NCBI GenBank assembly: GCA_964352505.1
Contig: CAYGSB010000007.1
Coordinates: 32,293 to 96,292, forward strand
From: an uncultured bacterium
Lineage (GTDB): Bacteria; Chlamydiota; Chlamydiia; Chlamydiales; Rhabdochlamydiaceae
DNA: 64,000 nucleotides
Direction: 5' to 3'
Positions 26,381 through 34,572 of the stretch are shown piece after piece. Position numbers and translations under genes: made by a program. Positions within the stretch are counted from its first letter, which is position 1. Every line of letters begins with the position of its first letter. A model generated the notes under the pieces. It made no database searches. It was not told the DNA's origin and worked only from the letters and a program-made list of their open reading frames with translations.

Positions 26381-27550
26381 ATGCCAGGAATTATTGTAGT
26401 TGGACTCCAGTGGGGAGATGAAGGAAAGGGGAAAATTGTTGACCTGCTTTCCCGTCAGGCATCCCATATCGTCCGTTCACAGGGTGGCTCTCATGCCGGC
26501 CACACGATCCAAGCGAAGGGAAAGGAGTTCTCCCTTCAGATGGTCCCTTCTGGGATCCTGAATCCTCATGCCCATTTTTATATCACCGGGGGATGCCCTA
26601 TTGATCTAGGTGTTCTCACGGGAGAAATTCGGGTACTTGAGTCGGAGGGAATACATCTCGTCGACCGTCTTCACATCTCTTATCACTGCCCGATAGTTTT
26701 TCCGTTAAATCTCGGAACATCTAGCATGGCAATCCGCATTGGCGATTTGATCTACCCGGAAATTTTCGAGGAAAAGTTTAAAAATTTTGCCGCGCTTGTC
26801 AATTTTTCGTCCGAGGATGTAACTGCTGTTTATGAGCAATATGTTGAGCTTGGACAGGTTATTCGCCCATTTATTGGGGATGCAGAAGCAGCGATTCAAC
26901 AGGCTCTTCTCAGAGATGAAACGGTTGTGATTGAGGGGTCGCAGGGGACTCTGTTAGATATGACTTTTGGAACCCACCCTTATGTATCGAATCTAACAAC
27001 AACTGCTGCGGGAATTTGTAACGGGGCGGGGATTAGCCCTGTCCACGTAGAAGAGGTTTATGGTGTCCTTAAGGCATATGCTTCCCGAGTAGGAGAAGGA
27101 CCATTACCTACGGCAGTTGATCCAGATACAATGGACGAGTTTCGCTCTATTAAAGACCTTGGCGAGCAAAAAGGATGTTTCGGATGGCTCGATCTGGTCC
27201 TCGCCAAGTACTCAACACAAATCAATGGAGTCGGTCAGATCGCCCTTACTAAGCTCGATGTATTTGATCGTTTTGAAGAAATTAAGGTTTGTATTGGATA
27301 TGAACTTCATGGTGAGCAGATCGATAGGCCACCAACTGTTTTAGAAGACTGGAACCGACTCCAGCCGATCTATGAAACCCTTCCCGGTTGGGAGTGTTCT
27401 ACGCGAGATGTCAAAAACATTCGAGATCTTCCCGAAAATGCAAGAAATCTGATTGACCTGATCGAAGAGTATACGAATGTTTCTGTTGGTCTATGTTCTG
27501 TGGGGCCAAATCGAGAGGATACTATTTTTATTGACGAGGAATGGGTATGA
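26381..27550 (+). CDS. Adenylosuccinate-synthetase-like protein with in-frame loss of the IMP and aspartate binding loops
   Basis: The GTP elements are kept (QWGDEGKGKIVD, SQGTLLD, LTKLD, SVGP). The segments equivalent to IGTTGRGIGPAYEDK and GATTGRRRR are absent. See findings. Confidence 0.75.
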   Translation: MPGIIVVGLQWGDEGKGKIVDLLSRQASHIVRSQGGSHAGHTIQAKGKEFSLQMVPSGILNPHAHFYITGGCPIDLGVLTGEIRVLESEGIHLVDRLHISYHCPIVFPLNLGTSSMAIRIGDLIYPEIFEEKFKNFAALVNFSSEDVTAVYEQYVELGQVIRPFIGDAEAAIQQALLRDETVVIEGSQGTLLDMTFGTHPYVSNLTTTAAGICNGAGISPVHVEEVYGVLKAYASRVGEGPLPTAVDPDTMDEFRSIKDLGEQKGCFGWLDLVLAKYSTQINGVGQIALTKLDVFDRFEEIKVCIGYELHGEQIDRPPTVLEDWNRLQPIYETLPGWECSTRDVKNIRDLPENARNLIDLIEEYTNVSVGLCSVGPNREDTIFIDEEWV

Positions 27551-28317
27551 CAGCGGCTGTCCTTGAGCAAAAAATCGAAAAGAAGATTTTTACGGTTGGT
27601 GAGCTAGCCTCGATTGACAGGTCCCGTTTTCCCAAGCACGTGGCCATCATGATGGATGGGAACCGGAGGTGGGCACGAAAAAGAGGGATGCCTAAAACAG
27701 CTGGACATTGGCGTGGAGCTGAGGCTCTTGTCAGAATTGTTCGAGCTGCTCATGAGTTGAACATAGAGGTGTTGACTGTATACGCCCTCTCTACTGAAAA
27801 TATGAATAGGTCTCCTCTAGAAGTAAGAGCTCTGATGAGGGTCTTTAAGGCACATCTAGTCCGACAGAGGAATCTCATGATAGAGCATGGAGTTCGCCTC
27901 GGCGTGATTGGAGATGTTTCGAAGTTGCCAGAAGATGTGCAGTTGATTTTAAATGAGACGATTGCAGCAACAAAAGATGGAAGGGAGTTAGACTTAGTAT
28001 TAGCGATCAATTACGGTGCTCGCGATGAGATAAGGCGGGCAGTTTGTAAAATAGTCGATGATTGCCTTGAAAAAAAAATCGTGAAGGAATCAATTACCGA
28101 AAAAGATATCTCAGAGTATCTTGATACAGCAAAATGGAAAGATCCCGATTTACTCATTCGCACAAGCGGAGAGAATCGGATCAGTAACTTTTTACTATGG
28201 CAGATTTCTTACTCAGAAGTCCTAGTGACAGATGTCCTCTGGCCCGACTTTTCTGAACGAGACCTACTAACTGCTATCCTCGAATATCAACAAAGAGAGA
28301 TGAGGAGGGGGCGATGA
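27547..28317 (+). CDS. uppS: Undecaprenyl-diphosphate synthase
   Basis: MDGNRRWA and RTSGENRISNFLLWQ. The ATG at 27547 forms an ATGA overlap with the upstream stop and has GAGGA 7 nt upstream. The track start is 27541. Confidence 0.93.
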   Translation: MTAAVLEQKIEKKIFTVGELASIDRSRFPKHVAIMMDGNRRWARKRGMPKTAGHWRGAEALVRIVRAAHELNIEVLTVYALSTENMNRSPLEVRALMRVFKAHLVRQRNLMIEHGVRLGVIGDVSKLPEDVQLILNETIAATKDGRELDLVLAINYGARDEIRRAVCKIVDDCLEKKIVKESITEKDISEYLDTAKWKDPDLLIRTSGENRISNFLLWQISYSEVLVTDVLWPDFSERDLLTAILEYQQREMRRGR

Positions 28318-29186
28318 ATTTGAAAAATTTTACCGACTTAAATAAGCGGTTTTTACTCACCACAATTATTTTGTGTGTACTTGCTGCTGTCGTTACATTT
28401 GCCTATAACCCCTTTGTAGAAGGGGTGGTTGTTGTCGGTGTTTCTATAATGGCTGCGATTGGGGTTTGGGAATATGCTAATTTAGCCAGAACCAAAGGGG
28501 TAAAGCCGGCTGTCCCTTTAATGGTCATAGTTGCTGCTTTAGAGGTGATTGCCTTTTTTATTGCCCACAAGTGGATTCATAGCCAGGAATTGCCTGTTTT
28601 TGTTTTTGCCGTGGGGGTAGGGCTGTTTTTTTTAAACCGATTTCGGAAGTCGGAAGAAGCACTTCTCAATGTTGCCGTTGAATTTTTTGGTGTTGCTTAT
28701 ATAGCAGTTCCGCTCAGCTACATGCTAGCGATCCTCTATCCAATCCAAGCTTCGGTTTTGGATGGGAGATGGTGGCTGCTCTATTTGATTTTGGTTACGA
28801 AGATTACTGATGTCGGTGCTTATTTTATTGGGCGCATCTGGGGTAAACAGCCCTTAGCTCCAAATTTAAGCCCTAAAAAAACAATCGAGGGAGGCGTGGC
28901 GGGCCTACTTTGCGCAGTAGGGCTCAGTATGGCTATGGTCTATATTGGAAAGACCTTTGCCGGTAAGGTGTTCCCCTTAGAATATCTCGACGCGCTTTGG
29001 CTGGGTATTCTCCTTGGCGTCTTTGGTCAGATCGGTGATTTAGCAGAATCTCTATTAAAACGGGATGCTCATGTAAAAGATAGCAATCGCATTCCAGGGC
29101 TAGGTGGGGTCCTTGATATGATCGATTCACTGATTTTTACAGCGCCGATCGTATATTTCTATCTCAGATGGTATACGCAGCAATGA
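28314..29186 (+). CDS. cdsA: Phosphatidate cytidylyltransferase (CDP-diglyceride synthase)
   Basis: Polytopic membrane protein with the C-terminal signature region SLLKRDAHVKDSNRIPGLGGVLDMIDS. ATGA overlap with uppS. Confidence 0.85.
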   Translation: MNLKNFTDLNKRFLLTTIILCVLAAVVTFAYNPFVEGVVVVGVSIMAAIGVWEYANLARTKGVKPAVPLMVIVAALEVIAFFIAHKWIHSQELPVFVFAVGVGLFFLNRFRKSEEALLNVAVEFFGVAYIAVPLSYMLAILYPIQASVLDGRWWLLYLILVTKITDVGAYFIGRIWGKQPLAPNLSPKKTIEGGVAGLLCAVGLSMAMVYIGKTFAGKVFPLEYLDALWLGILLGVFGQIGDLAESLLKRDAHVKDSNRIPGLGGVLDMIDSLIFTAPIVYFYLRWYTQQ

Positions 29187-29250
29187 ACGATTCCCCGGAT
29201 GTAAAACCAAACTCCGATCGGATCTTTGCATTTGAAGGTTGGTTTTTTCT

Positions 29251-30594
29251 ATGATCATTACGATTGATGGTCCATCTGGAACGGGTAAATCAACCGTCGC
29301 TCGTAAAGTGGCAGAGACTCTTGGCTTTACCTATTTTGATACCGGGGCGATGTATCGATCTGTTACCTGGGCACTTTTACAAAAAAAGATTCCCCTTTCA
29401 GATCTCGCATCAGTCGAAGCATTTCTCGCGCAATTTACCTTTGATATCCGGATTCAAAATGGACGGCCCCACTATTTCGTAATGGAAGATGATGTTACAG
29501 AAGTCATTCGTTCACAGCACATCACCGATGCAGTTTCAGAAGTTTCAGCTATTCCATCTGTTCGGAAAGCTTTATGGAAAATCCAGAAGGCATATAGCGA
29601 AAGGCAGAGTTCTGTTTTTGAGGGGAGAGATTTGGGAACAGTGGTCTTTCCTGACGCCGAGGTGAAAATCTTCCTCGATGCGAGTCCTGAAGTCCGAGCG
29701 AAACGACGCCTTGCAGAAATGCAGCAAAAACGTCCTGATGAAGCAGCATCCTTTAATGAGAAAAGCATGCAGAAAGAGCTTGAGCGAAGAGATGCTTATG
29801 ATGCTAACAGAGCGCTCGCCCCTCTTCGCTGCCCAAAAAATGCTCGTCGAATCGATACTTCTGAGTATACAATCGACCAAGTTGTTGAAAAAATCATTGA
29901 TGCCCAGTCTAAATATGTAAGAGGGCTTTTGCCGACATGGCTCTGCGCTAAACCTATGCGATTGCTTTATCGGCTCGTCATCTTATGTGCATGGCTTCCC
30001 ACTCGAATTTTCTATCGACATAAGGTCTATGGATTGGAGCACTTTGTTAAGCGGGCAGCGATTATCGCCCCTAACCATACTTCCTATTTAGATCCTCCGT
30101 TGGCTGCGATATCGTGGCCGAGAGAGATGCATTTTCTTGCCCGAGAGGGGCTTTTCAAGCCATTTCTTTTTGGATCTTTTATTCGTGCGCTAAACTCTCA
30201 CCCTGTTTCTGGGGATGTTGGCGATGTTTCAGTGTTCAAAATGCTCATTCAAATTCTCAAAGAGGGGAAGCAGGTCGTCCTATTCCCCGAAGGAGAAAGA
30301 ACGGACGGGAAGCTCGGAGAGGTCAAGCCTGGAATCGGGATGCTTTTAATGCGTTCTCAATCTGCGATCATTCCTACATATATTCATGGTGCTCATGAGG
30401 CATGGCCCCGAGAGAAGAAATTGCCAAAACTTTTTGCGAGGACGGCCTGTGTTTTTGGTCGCCCCCTACTTTGGGAGTCATTTTCCCATCTGGAAAAAAA
30501 ACAGGCCCAGATCGAGATTTCTAAAGTTTTGAGAAAGGAAATTCTCGCTTTGAAAGATTGGTATGAAAAAGGTGCTGAAGGGATTCCTCCCTGA
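29251..30594 (+). CDS. Fusion protein: cytidylate kinase (N-terminal) and 1-acyl-sn-glycerol-3-phosphate acyltransferase (C-terminal)
   Basis: The Cmk half has MIITIDGPSGTGKST ... GRDLGTVVFPDA. A hydrophobic linker follows. The PlsC half has the H(x)4D motif NHTSYLD and FPEGERT. It is a single uninterrupted ORF; the track start is a TTG at 29239. Confidence 0.85.
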   Translation: MIITIDGPSGTGKSTVARKVAETLGFTYFDTGAMYRSVTWALLQKKIPLSDLASVEAFLAQFTFDIRIQNGRPHYFVMEDDVTEVIRSQHITDAVSEVSAIPSVRKALWKIQKAYSERQSSVFEGRDLGTVVFPDAEVKIFLDASPEVRAKRRLAEMQQKRPDEAASFNEKSMQKELERRDAYDANRALAPLRCPKNARRIDTSEYTIDQVVEKIIDAQSKYVRGLLPTWLCAKPMRLLYRLVILCAWLPTRIFYRHKVYGLEHFVKRAAIIAPNHTSYLDPPLAAISWPREMHFLAREGLFKPFLFGSFIRALNSHPVSGDVGDVSVFKMLIQILKEGKQVVLFPEGERTDGKLGEVKPGIGMLLMRSQSAIIPTYIHGAHEAWPREKKLPKLFARTACVFGRPLLWESFSHLEKKQAQIEISKVLRKEILALKDWYEKGAEGIPP

Positions 30595-30659
30595 CCCCTG
30601 GTAGTAGTAAATTCAACGGATGTGTTAGAATTAGGAATACTATGTTTTCGGAGGAGTAG

Positions 30660-30986
30660 ATGAGCGAATCATTCAAATTGTTGACAGAAGATAATTTTGC
30701 AGAAGGGGTCCTAAACGGATTAACCCTTGTCGATTTTTATGCAGACTGGTGTGGCCCCTGTCGGATGCTTACTCCTGTCCTCGAAGAAGTGGCAAAAGAT
30801 GTTGCAGGGAAGGCCTCAATTGCAAAAATTGATATTGATAAGGCTCAAAAAACCGCATCATCTTACCAAGTAACCTCAATCCCAACTCTCATCCTTTTCA
30901 AAGATGGGAATGAAATCGGACGTCTTGTAGGTCTTCGTGACAGAGAGACGATCAAGGACTTTATTCTCACTGGCGAAGTTGCGTGA
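30660..30986 (+). CDS. trxA: Thioredoxin (cytoplasmic)
   Basis: 108 aa with the WCGPC active site and no signal peptide. Confidence 0.9.
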   Translation: MSESFKLLTEDNFAEGVLNGLTLVDFYADWCGPCRMLTPVLEEVAKDVAGKASIAKIDIDKAQKTASSYQVTSIPTLILFKDGNEIGRLVGLRDRETIKDFILTGEVA

Positions 30987-31537
30987 CTGCTTCTGTTTTT
31001 CCTGTCGAAAAACTCTCTCAGGATGAAATTAAGCTAGGAGCCCTCGGTTCGGCTTTAGCTCTTTCTTCTGGTTATGTTGCGATGGAAACATCGGTATCAT
31101 TGATGAAGCGATGGGGATTAAGTGCCCTAGAGCCTCAAACCTTCTTCCAATTTTATGAAACCCTATCTCAAATAAGTAGTAGCCTTCTTCGAGGAGTTTT
31201 CAAGTCAATTGCCGTTGTTTATGTGACTTTGATTGTTCCGATTGTTGAAGAGTGGTTTTTCCGAGATCTCCTCTATTCATTTCAAGAAAGAAATAGTTAC
31301 CCATCTGAGAATTTAGGTCTAAGAGTCTATAGAGTTATTTCAAATGGAGTCCTATTTGGGGCTTTCCATGTGAGTTTGTTTCAAGGTTGGGCAAACATCC
31401 CGATTTTGACTGTTACAACAATCGTTGGAGTGGTGTTTGCAGCCCTGAGAGAGGTAACTGGCAACGCGCGCGCATCGACTGTTGCCCACTGTTTCAATAA
31501 TTCTTTCTTTATGTTAATGAAATATCTAAAAGCTTAA
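30983..31537 (+). CDS. CPBP-family (CAAX/Abi) intramembrane glutamic endopeptidase
   Basis: EEWFFRDLL (EExxxR), FGAFH (FxxxH) and AHCFNN (HxxxN); multi-TM. The GTG start overlaps the trxA stop (GTGA). Confidence 0.75.
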   Translation: MTASVFPVEKLSQDEIKLGALGSALALSSGYVAMETSVSLMKRWGLSALEPQTFFQFYETLSQISSSLLRGVFKSIAVVYVTLIVPIVEEWFFRDLLYSFQERNSYPSENLGLRVYRVISNGVLFGAFHVSLFQGWANIPILTVTTIVGVVFAALREVTGNARASTVAHCFNNSFFMLMKYLKA

Positions 31538-31547
31538 GGAGTAAACT

Positions 31548-31919
31548 ATGACCCGTTTTTTTATTGTCGCCCTGATGGCAGTTGTTGCATTTTTAGGAGC
31601 AGAAGTTCGTTTGGTAGAGCAGGAGAATTTCCAAAAAGAGATTGCGAGTGGGACTGTTCTCGTTGATTTCTATGGTCCCTGGTGCGGTCCTTGCAAAAGA
31701 ATTGCCCCTGTTTTAGATCAACTCTCTCAAGAGATGGAGGGGAAGGTCTCCTTTATCAAAGTCAATATTGACAAAGCGCAGGATCTGACAAATAAGTATG
31801 AGGTGACAGGGGTTCCGGCAATTGTTCTCTTTAAAAATGGAAAAGAACAGGGAAGAGTCGTCGGATTTCATGACAAATCATCCCTTAGAAAATTCATCGA
31901 GTCGGGCGGCAAGGGCTAA
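31548..31919 (+). CDS. Exported or membrane-anchored thioredoxin
   Basis: 123 aa with an N-terminal hydrophobic signal or anchor (MTRFFIVALMAVVAFLGA) followed by a thioredoxin fold with WCGPC. AAGGAG SD 6 nt upstream. Confidence 0.8.
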   Translation: MTRFFIVALMAVVAFLGAEVRLVEQENFQKEIASGTVLVDFYGPWCGPCKRIAPVLDQLSQEMEGKVSFIKVNIDKAQDLTNKYEVTGVPAIVLFKNGKEQGRVVGFHDKSSLRKFIESGGKG

Positions 31920-31944
31920 AAGGCCCCTGCGTCATTTAGGGAAA

Positions 31945-34110
31945 TTAGTTGAGCACATTGTCGATGAACGACCATCTCGTTGCTGGCGGGGCTGCTGCTG
32001 CTGTTTTGCCCAGGATCCAAAGGTTGTATTGCTCCTCTTTAAAACCCTCATTTTCTTTTAGGGCAAGCCAGGAGTTGATGTAGCAGAGAAACTCGGGATC
32101 ACCAAACTTGATTGGATATCCAAGGGTTTCTTTGCCGAGATTCGGCTTTGGATAGACCACCTGGAAAGGGGGGTGCGCTACTGTCCAAGCAATTGCCTCT
32201 TGCTCTTCCCATACCAGGATGTCTGCAGGAGGGTTTTCTTGATTAAACTCATCATAGCTCTCCAATAGAACTACTTGGTGCTGAGGAAAAACTTCATAGG
32301 CAATCCCCTCATAGGCTGTGTTGACCAGAGCCGCGATTTTCAATGACTTGTTTTCTTGGACCGCTTCTACAGAGGAAACCTTATTTCGGAGTTTGTCTTT
32401 TGTGACAAAGACGATACGAGCTTCCAGGAGAGGTTTTGGAAAGCACATTTTTTTCAGCCGCTCTTCGGAGATCGAGATGGCCGACATGGCTATGTCAAAG
32501 GTGTTATTTCCCAGTTGTTCGCCGAGTTTCTTATAGAGGATAGGGATGAACTCAATTTGATCACATCCAAGATCATATGCGAGCTGATAGGCATAAGCTA
32601 CATCAAATCCGACGAGTTTATCGTGGTTGTTGAAGAAACAAAAAGGGGCAGCATTGGAATCGTAACCAATGCGTAGTTTTTTAGTTTTTAGGATTCTCTG
32701 TAGGGTAGATTCTGAAGACTTCTGTGTAGGTGGATTTTCTACAAATTCACCTTGTTTGAAAACACGGACGCTTACATCCGATTCAATTGCAAGGTCGTAA
32801 ATGGTTTTCGCCTCATTTTTGATTCTTGGAAGCGGGTCAAAGAAGTTGAGCCCTCCGAAGATGAGGAATACCGGGATAATTGTGAGGATGCTTCCCAGCG
32901 TTATTTTCTTCCAGTCTCTGGTTAGGAGGTTGCGACTCGCTAGCATAATCAGGAAGGCAAGAGTTGTAATCGTCATTGCAGAGACCATTGATTGAAATCC
33001 AGCAGTGAAAGGGACGATAGCGAGGTACATGTTGATCGAGTCGACTGGGAGGGCTAAGGCGTCGAGAATAAATGTTAGGCTGTTGAGCCATGATCCCAAT
33101 CCGACGGCGCCTAGACTTGTGAGGAAGGTGGTGACAAAGAGTTTGACATGATCGGAAAACCCGAGCTGAACCGAAAAAAATACGGCTGTAAAAAAGACAA
33201 ACGCTGCCGTAAAAATAGACCCGAGGGGGATATTAAAAATAATCGAGACAGTTCCTTGGATTTGGTTTTGGACGTTTTCGTCTTTTGGGTAGAGCATCTG
33301 TGTTTCTCTACGGATGATATTAATGATGTAGGGGAGCGCTACAATCGTCATGGTTGTTGTGTAGGTCAAAACTAAAATAGGAATCAAGTTCTTGATCCAA
33401 GTGAGCGTTTTCATCGGGGTGAGAATCCCAGCAAGTCTGGGGATGATCCAGAAAGTGACGATACTTGTGCCGATCATGTAGAGGATTATGTACGTGCTCA
33501 TTTGCTTGATGATTGAAAAGTGGACTGTTCCAACTTGGTTGGCCATGATCAGAAATGTTCCGATAGGGGTGATCCGGGCAATCCAAGATGTGACTTTTGT
33601 TAAAGCATCGAGAAGAGTTCGAAGTCCAGACATCACGGTTTGCTTATCAGCCAGCTGCATAAGGGAGATACCGAGCAGGATGGAGAAAACAACGACTGAA
33701 GGAATGAGGTTGTTTGCAAGAGAGTTAAATATATTTTCCGGGATGAGCATTTTTGCAAAGTTTAACGAGGGGACATCCTTGAGGACGTAGCCAATTTGCG
33801 AGGGTCCTTCTGCAAGAGGAAAGCTCCATTTAATGAGATAGATGACCCCAATGTTGATGAGGAGGGCAAGGGCGATGAAAAAGGACCCTTTTTTCAGGAT
33901 TTGCATCGCTTGTGCGCGGTTAAGGAGTCCAATACCGTGAATAATCGCTACAACAAGGTAGGGGATAGCGGTGATTTTCAAGATCATTACGTAGGCAGAG
34001 GCGTACTGGGCGAGCACTGCACACCTCTCTCCAAAAAAGAGGCCCACAAGGATCCCAAAGAGCGTCGCAATGGCCATTTGTAAGGGAAATGATGTGCGGA
34101 AGGGATTCAT
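31945..34110 (-). CDS. Fusion: sodium:dicarboxylate/amino-acid symporter (DAACS family), an extra TM segment, and a family-3 periplasmic solute-binding domain
   Basis: The N-terminal ~400 aa are polytopic and GltP/GltT-like. An extra TM (ITLGSILTIIPVFLIFGGLNFF) follows. The C-terminal ~270 aa are SBP_bac_3-like (KKLRIGYDSNAAPFCFFN..., FDIAMSAISISEER). Confidence 0.75.
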   Translation of the reverse strand: MNPFRTSFPLQMAIATLFGILVGLFFGERCAVLAQYASAYVMILKITAIPYLVVAIIHGIGLLNRAQAMQILKKGSFFIALALLINIGVIYLIKWSFPLAEGPSQIGYVLKDVPSLNFAKMLIPENIFNSLANNLIPSVVVFSILLGISLMQLADKQTVMSGLRTLLDALTKVTSWIARITPIGTFLIMANQVGTVHFSIIKQMSTYIILYMIGTSIVTFWIIPRLAGILTPMKTLTWIKNLIPILVLTYTTTMTIVALPYIINIIRRETQMLYPKDENVQNQIQGTVSIIFNIPLGSIFTAAFVFFTAVFFSVQLGFSDHVKLFVTTFLTSLGAVGLGSWLNSLTFILDALALPVDSINMYLAIVPFTAGFQSMVSAMTITTLAFLIMLASRNLLTRDWKKITLGSILTIIPVFLIFGGLNFFDPLPRIKNEAKTIYDLAIESDVSVRVFKQGEFVENPPTQKSSESTLQRILKTKKLRIGYDSNAAPFCFFNNHDKLVGFDVAYAYQLAYDLGCDQIEFIPILYKKLGEQLGNNTFDIAMSAISISEERLKKMCFPKPLLEARIVFVTKDKLRNKVSSVEAVQENKSLKIAALVNTAYEGIAYEVFPQHQVVLLESYDEFNQENPPADILVWEEQEAIAWTVAHPPFQVVYPKPNLGKETLGYPIKFGDPEFLCYINSWLALKENEGFKEEQYNLWILGKTAAAAPPATRWSFIDNVLN

Positions 34111-34119
34111 ACTTGTATT

Positions 34120-34572
34120 CTACTTCATTACAAAGTTTTGTTGCCTCAAGGCCTCATATAACACAATGGAAACGGCGTTGGCTAGATTTAAACAGCGCGT
34201 TTCTTCTCTTTGGGGAATTGTGCAGAATTTTTCAGGCCATTTATCCCAAAATTCCTGCGAAAGACCCGACGTTTCAGAGCCGAAAATCAAATAATCGTCT
34301 GAGGCATAATCCACTTCTGTATAGTATTTCGATGCATGAGCAGAATAAAAGAAGAAACGGGCAGATGTATTGTCTAAAAAAGCAGGTAAATCGTCAATGA
34401 AGTTCACGTCAACCCCTTCCCAGTAATCGAGACCGGCTCGTTTTAACCGCTTACTAGAGACGCTAAAACCCAGCGGCTTAACAAGGTAGAGGTTGGCTCC
34501 TGCAACAGCGCACGTACGCACAATATTCCCCGTGTTTTGCGGGATTTGCGGCTGGAAAAGGATGATATTCAT
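34120..34572 (-). CDS. trmL: tRNA (cytidine/uridine-2'-O-)-methyltransferase TrmL (SpoU family)
   Basis: MNIILFQPQIPQNTGNIVRTCAVAG ... NLANAVSIVLYE; 150 aa. Confidence 0.9.
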   Translation of the reverse strand: MNIILFQPQIPQNTGNIVRTCAVAGANLYLVKPLGFSVSSKRLKRAGLDYWEGVDVNFIDDLPAFLDNTSARFFFYSAHASKYYTEVDYASDDYLIFGSETSGLSQEFWDKWPEKFCTIPQREETRCLNLANAVSIVLYEALRQQNFVMK

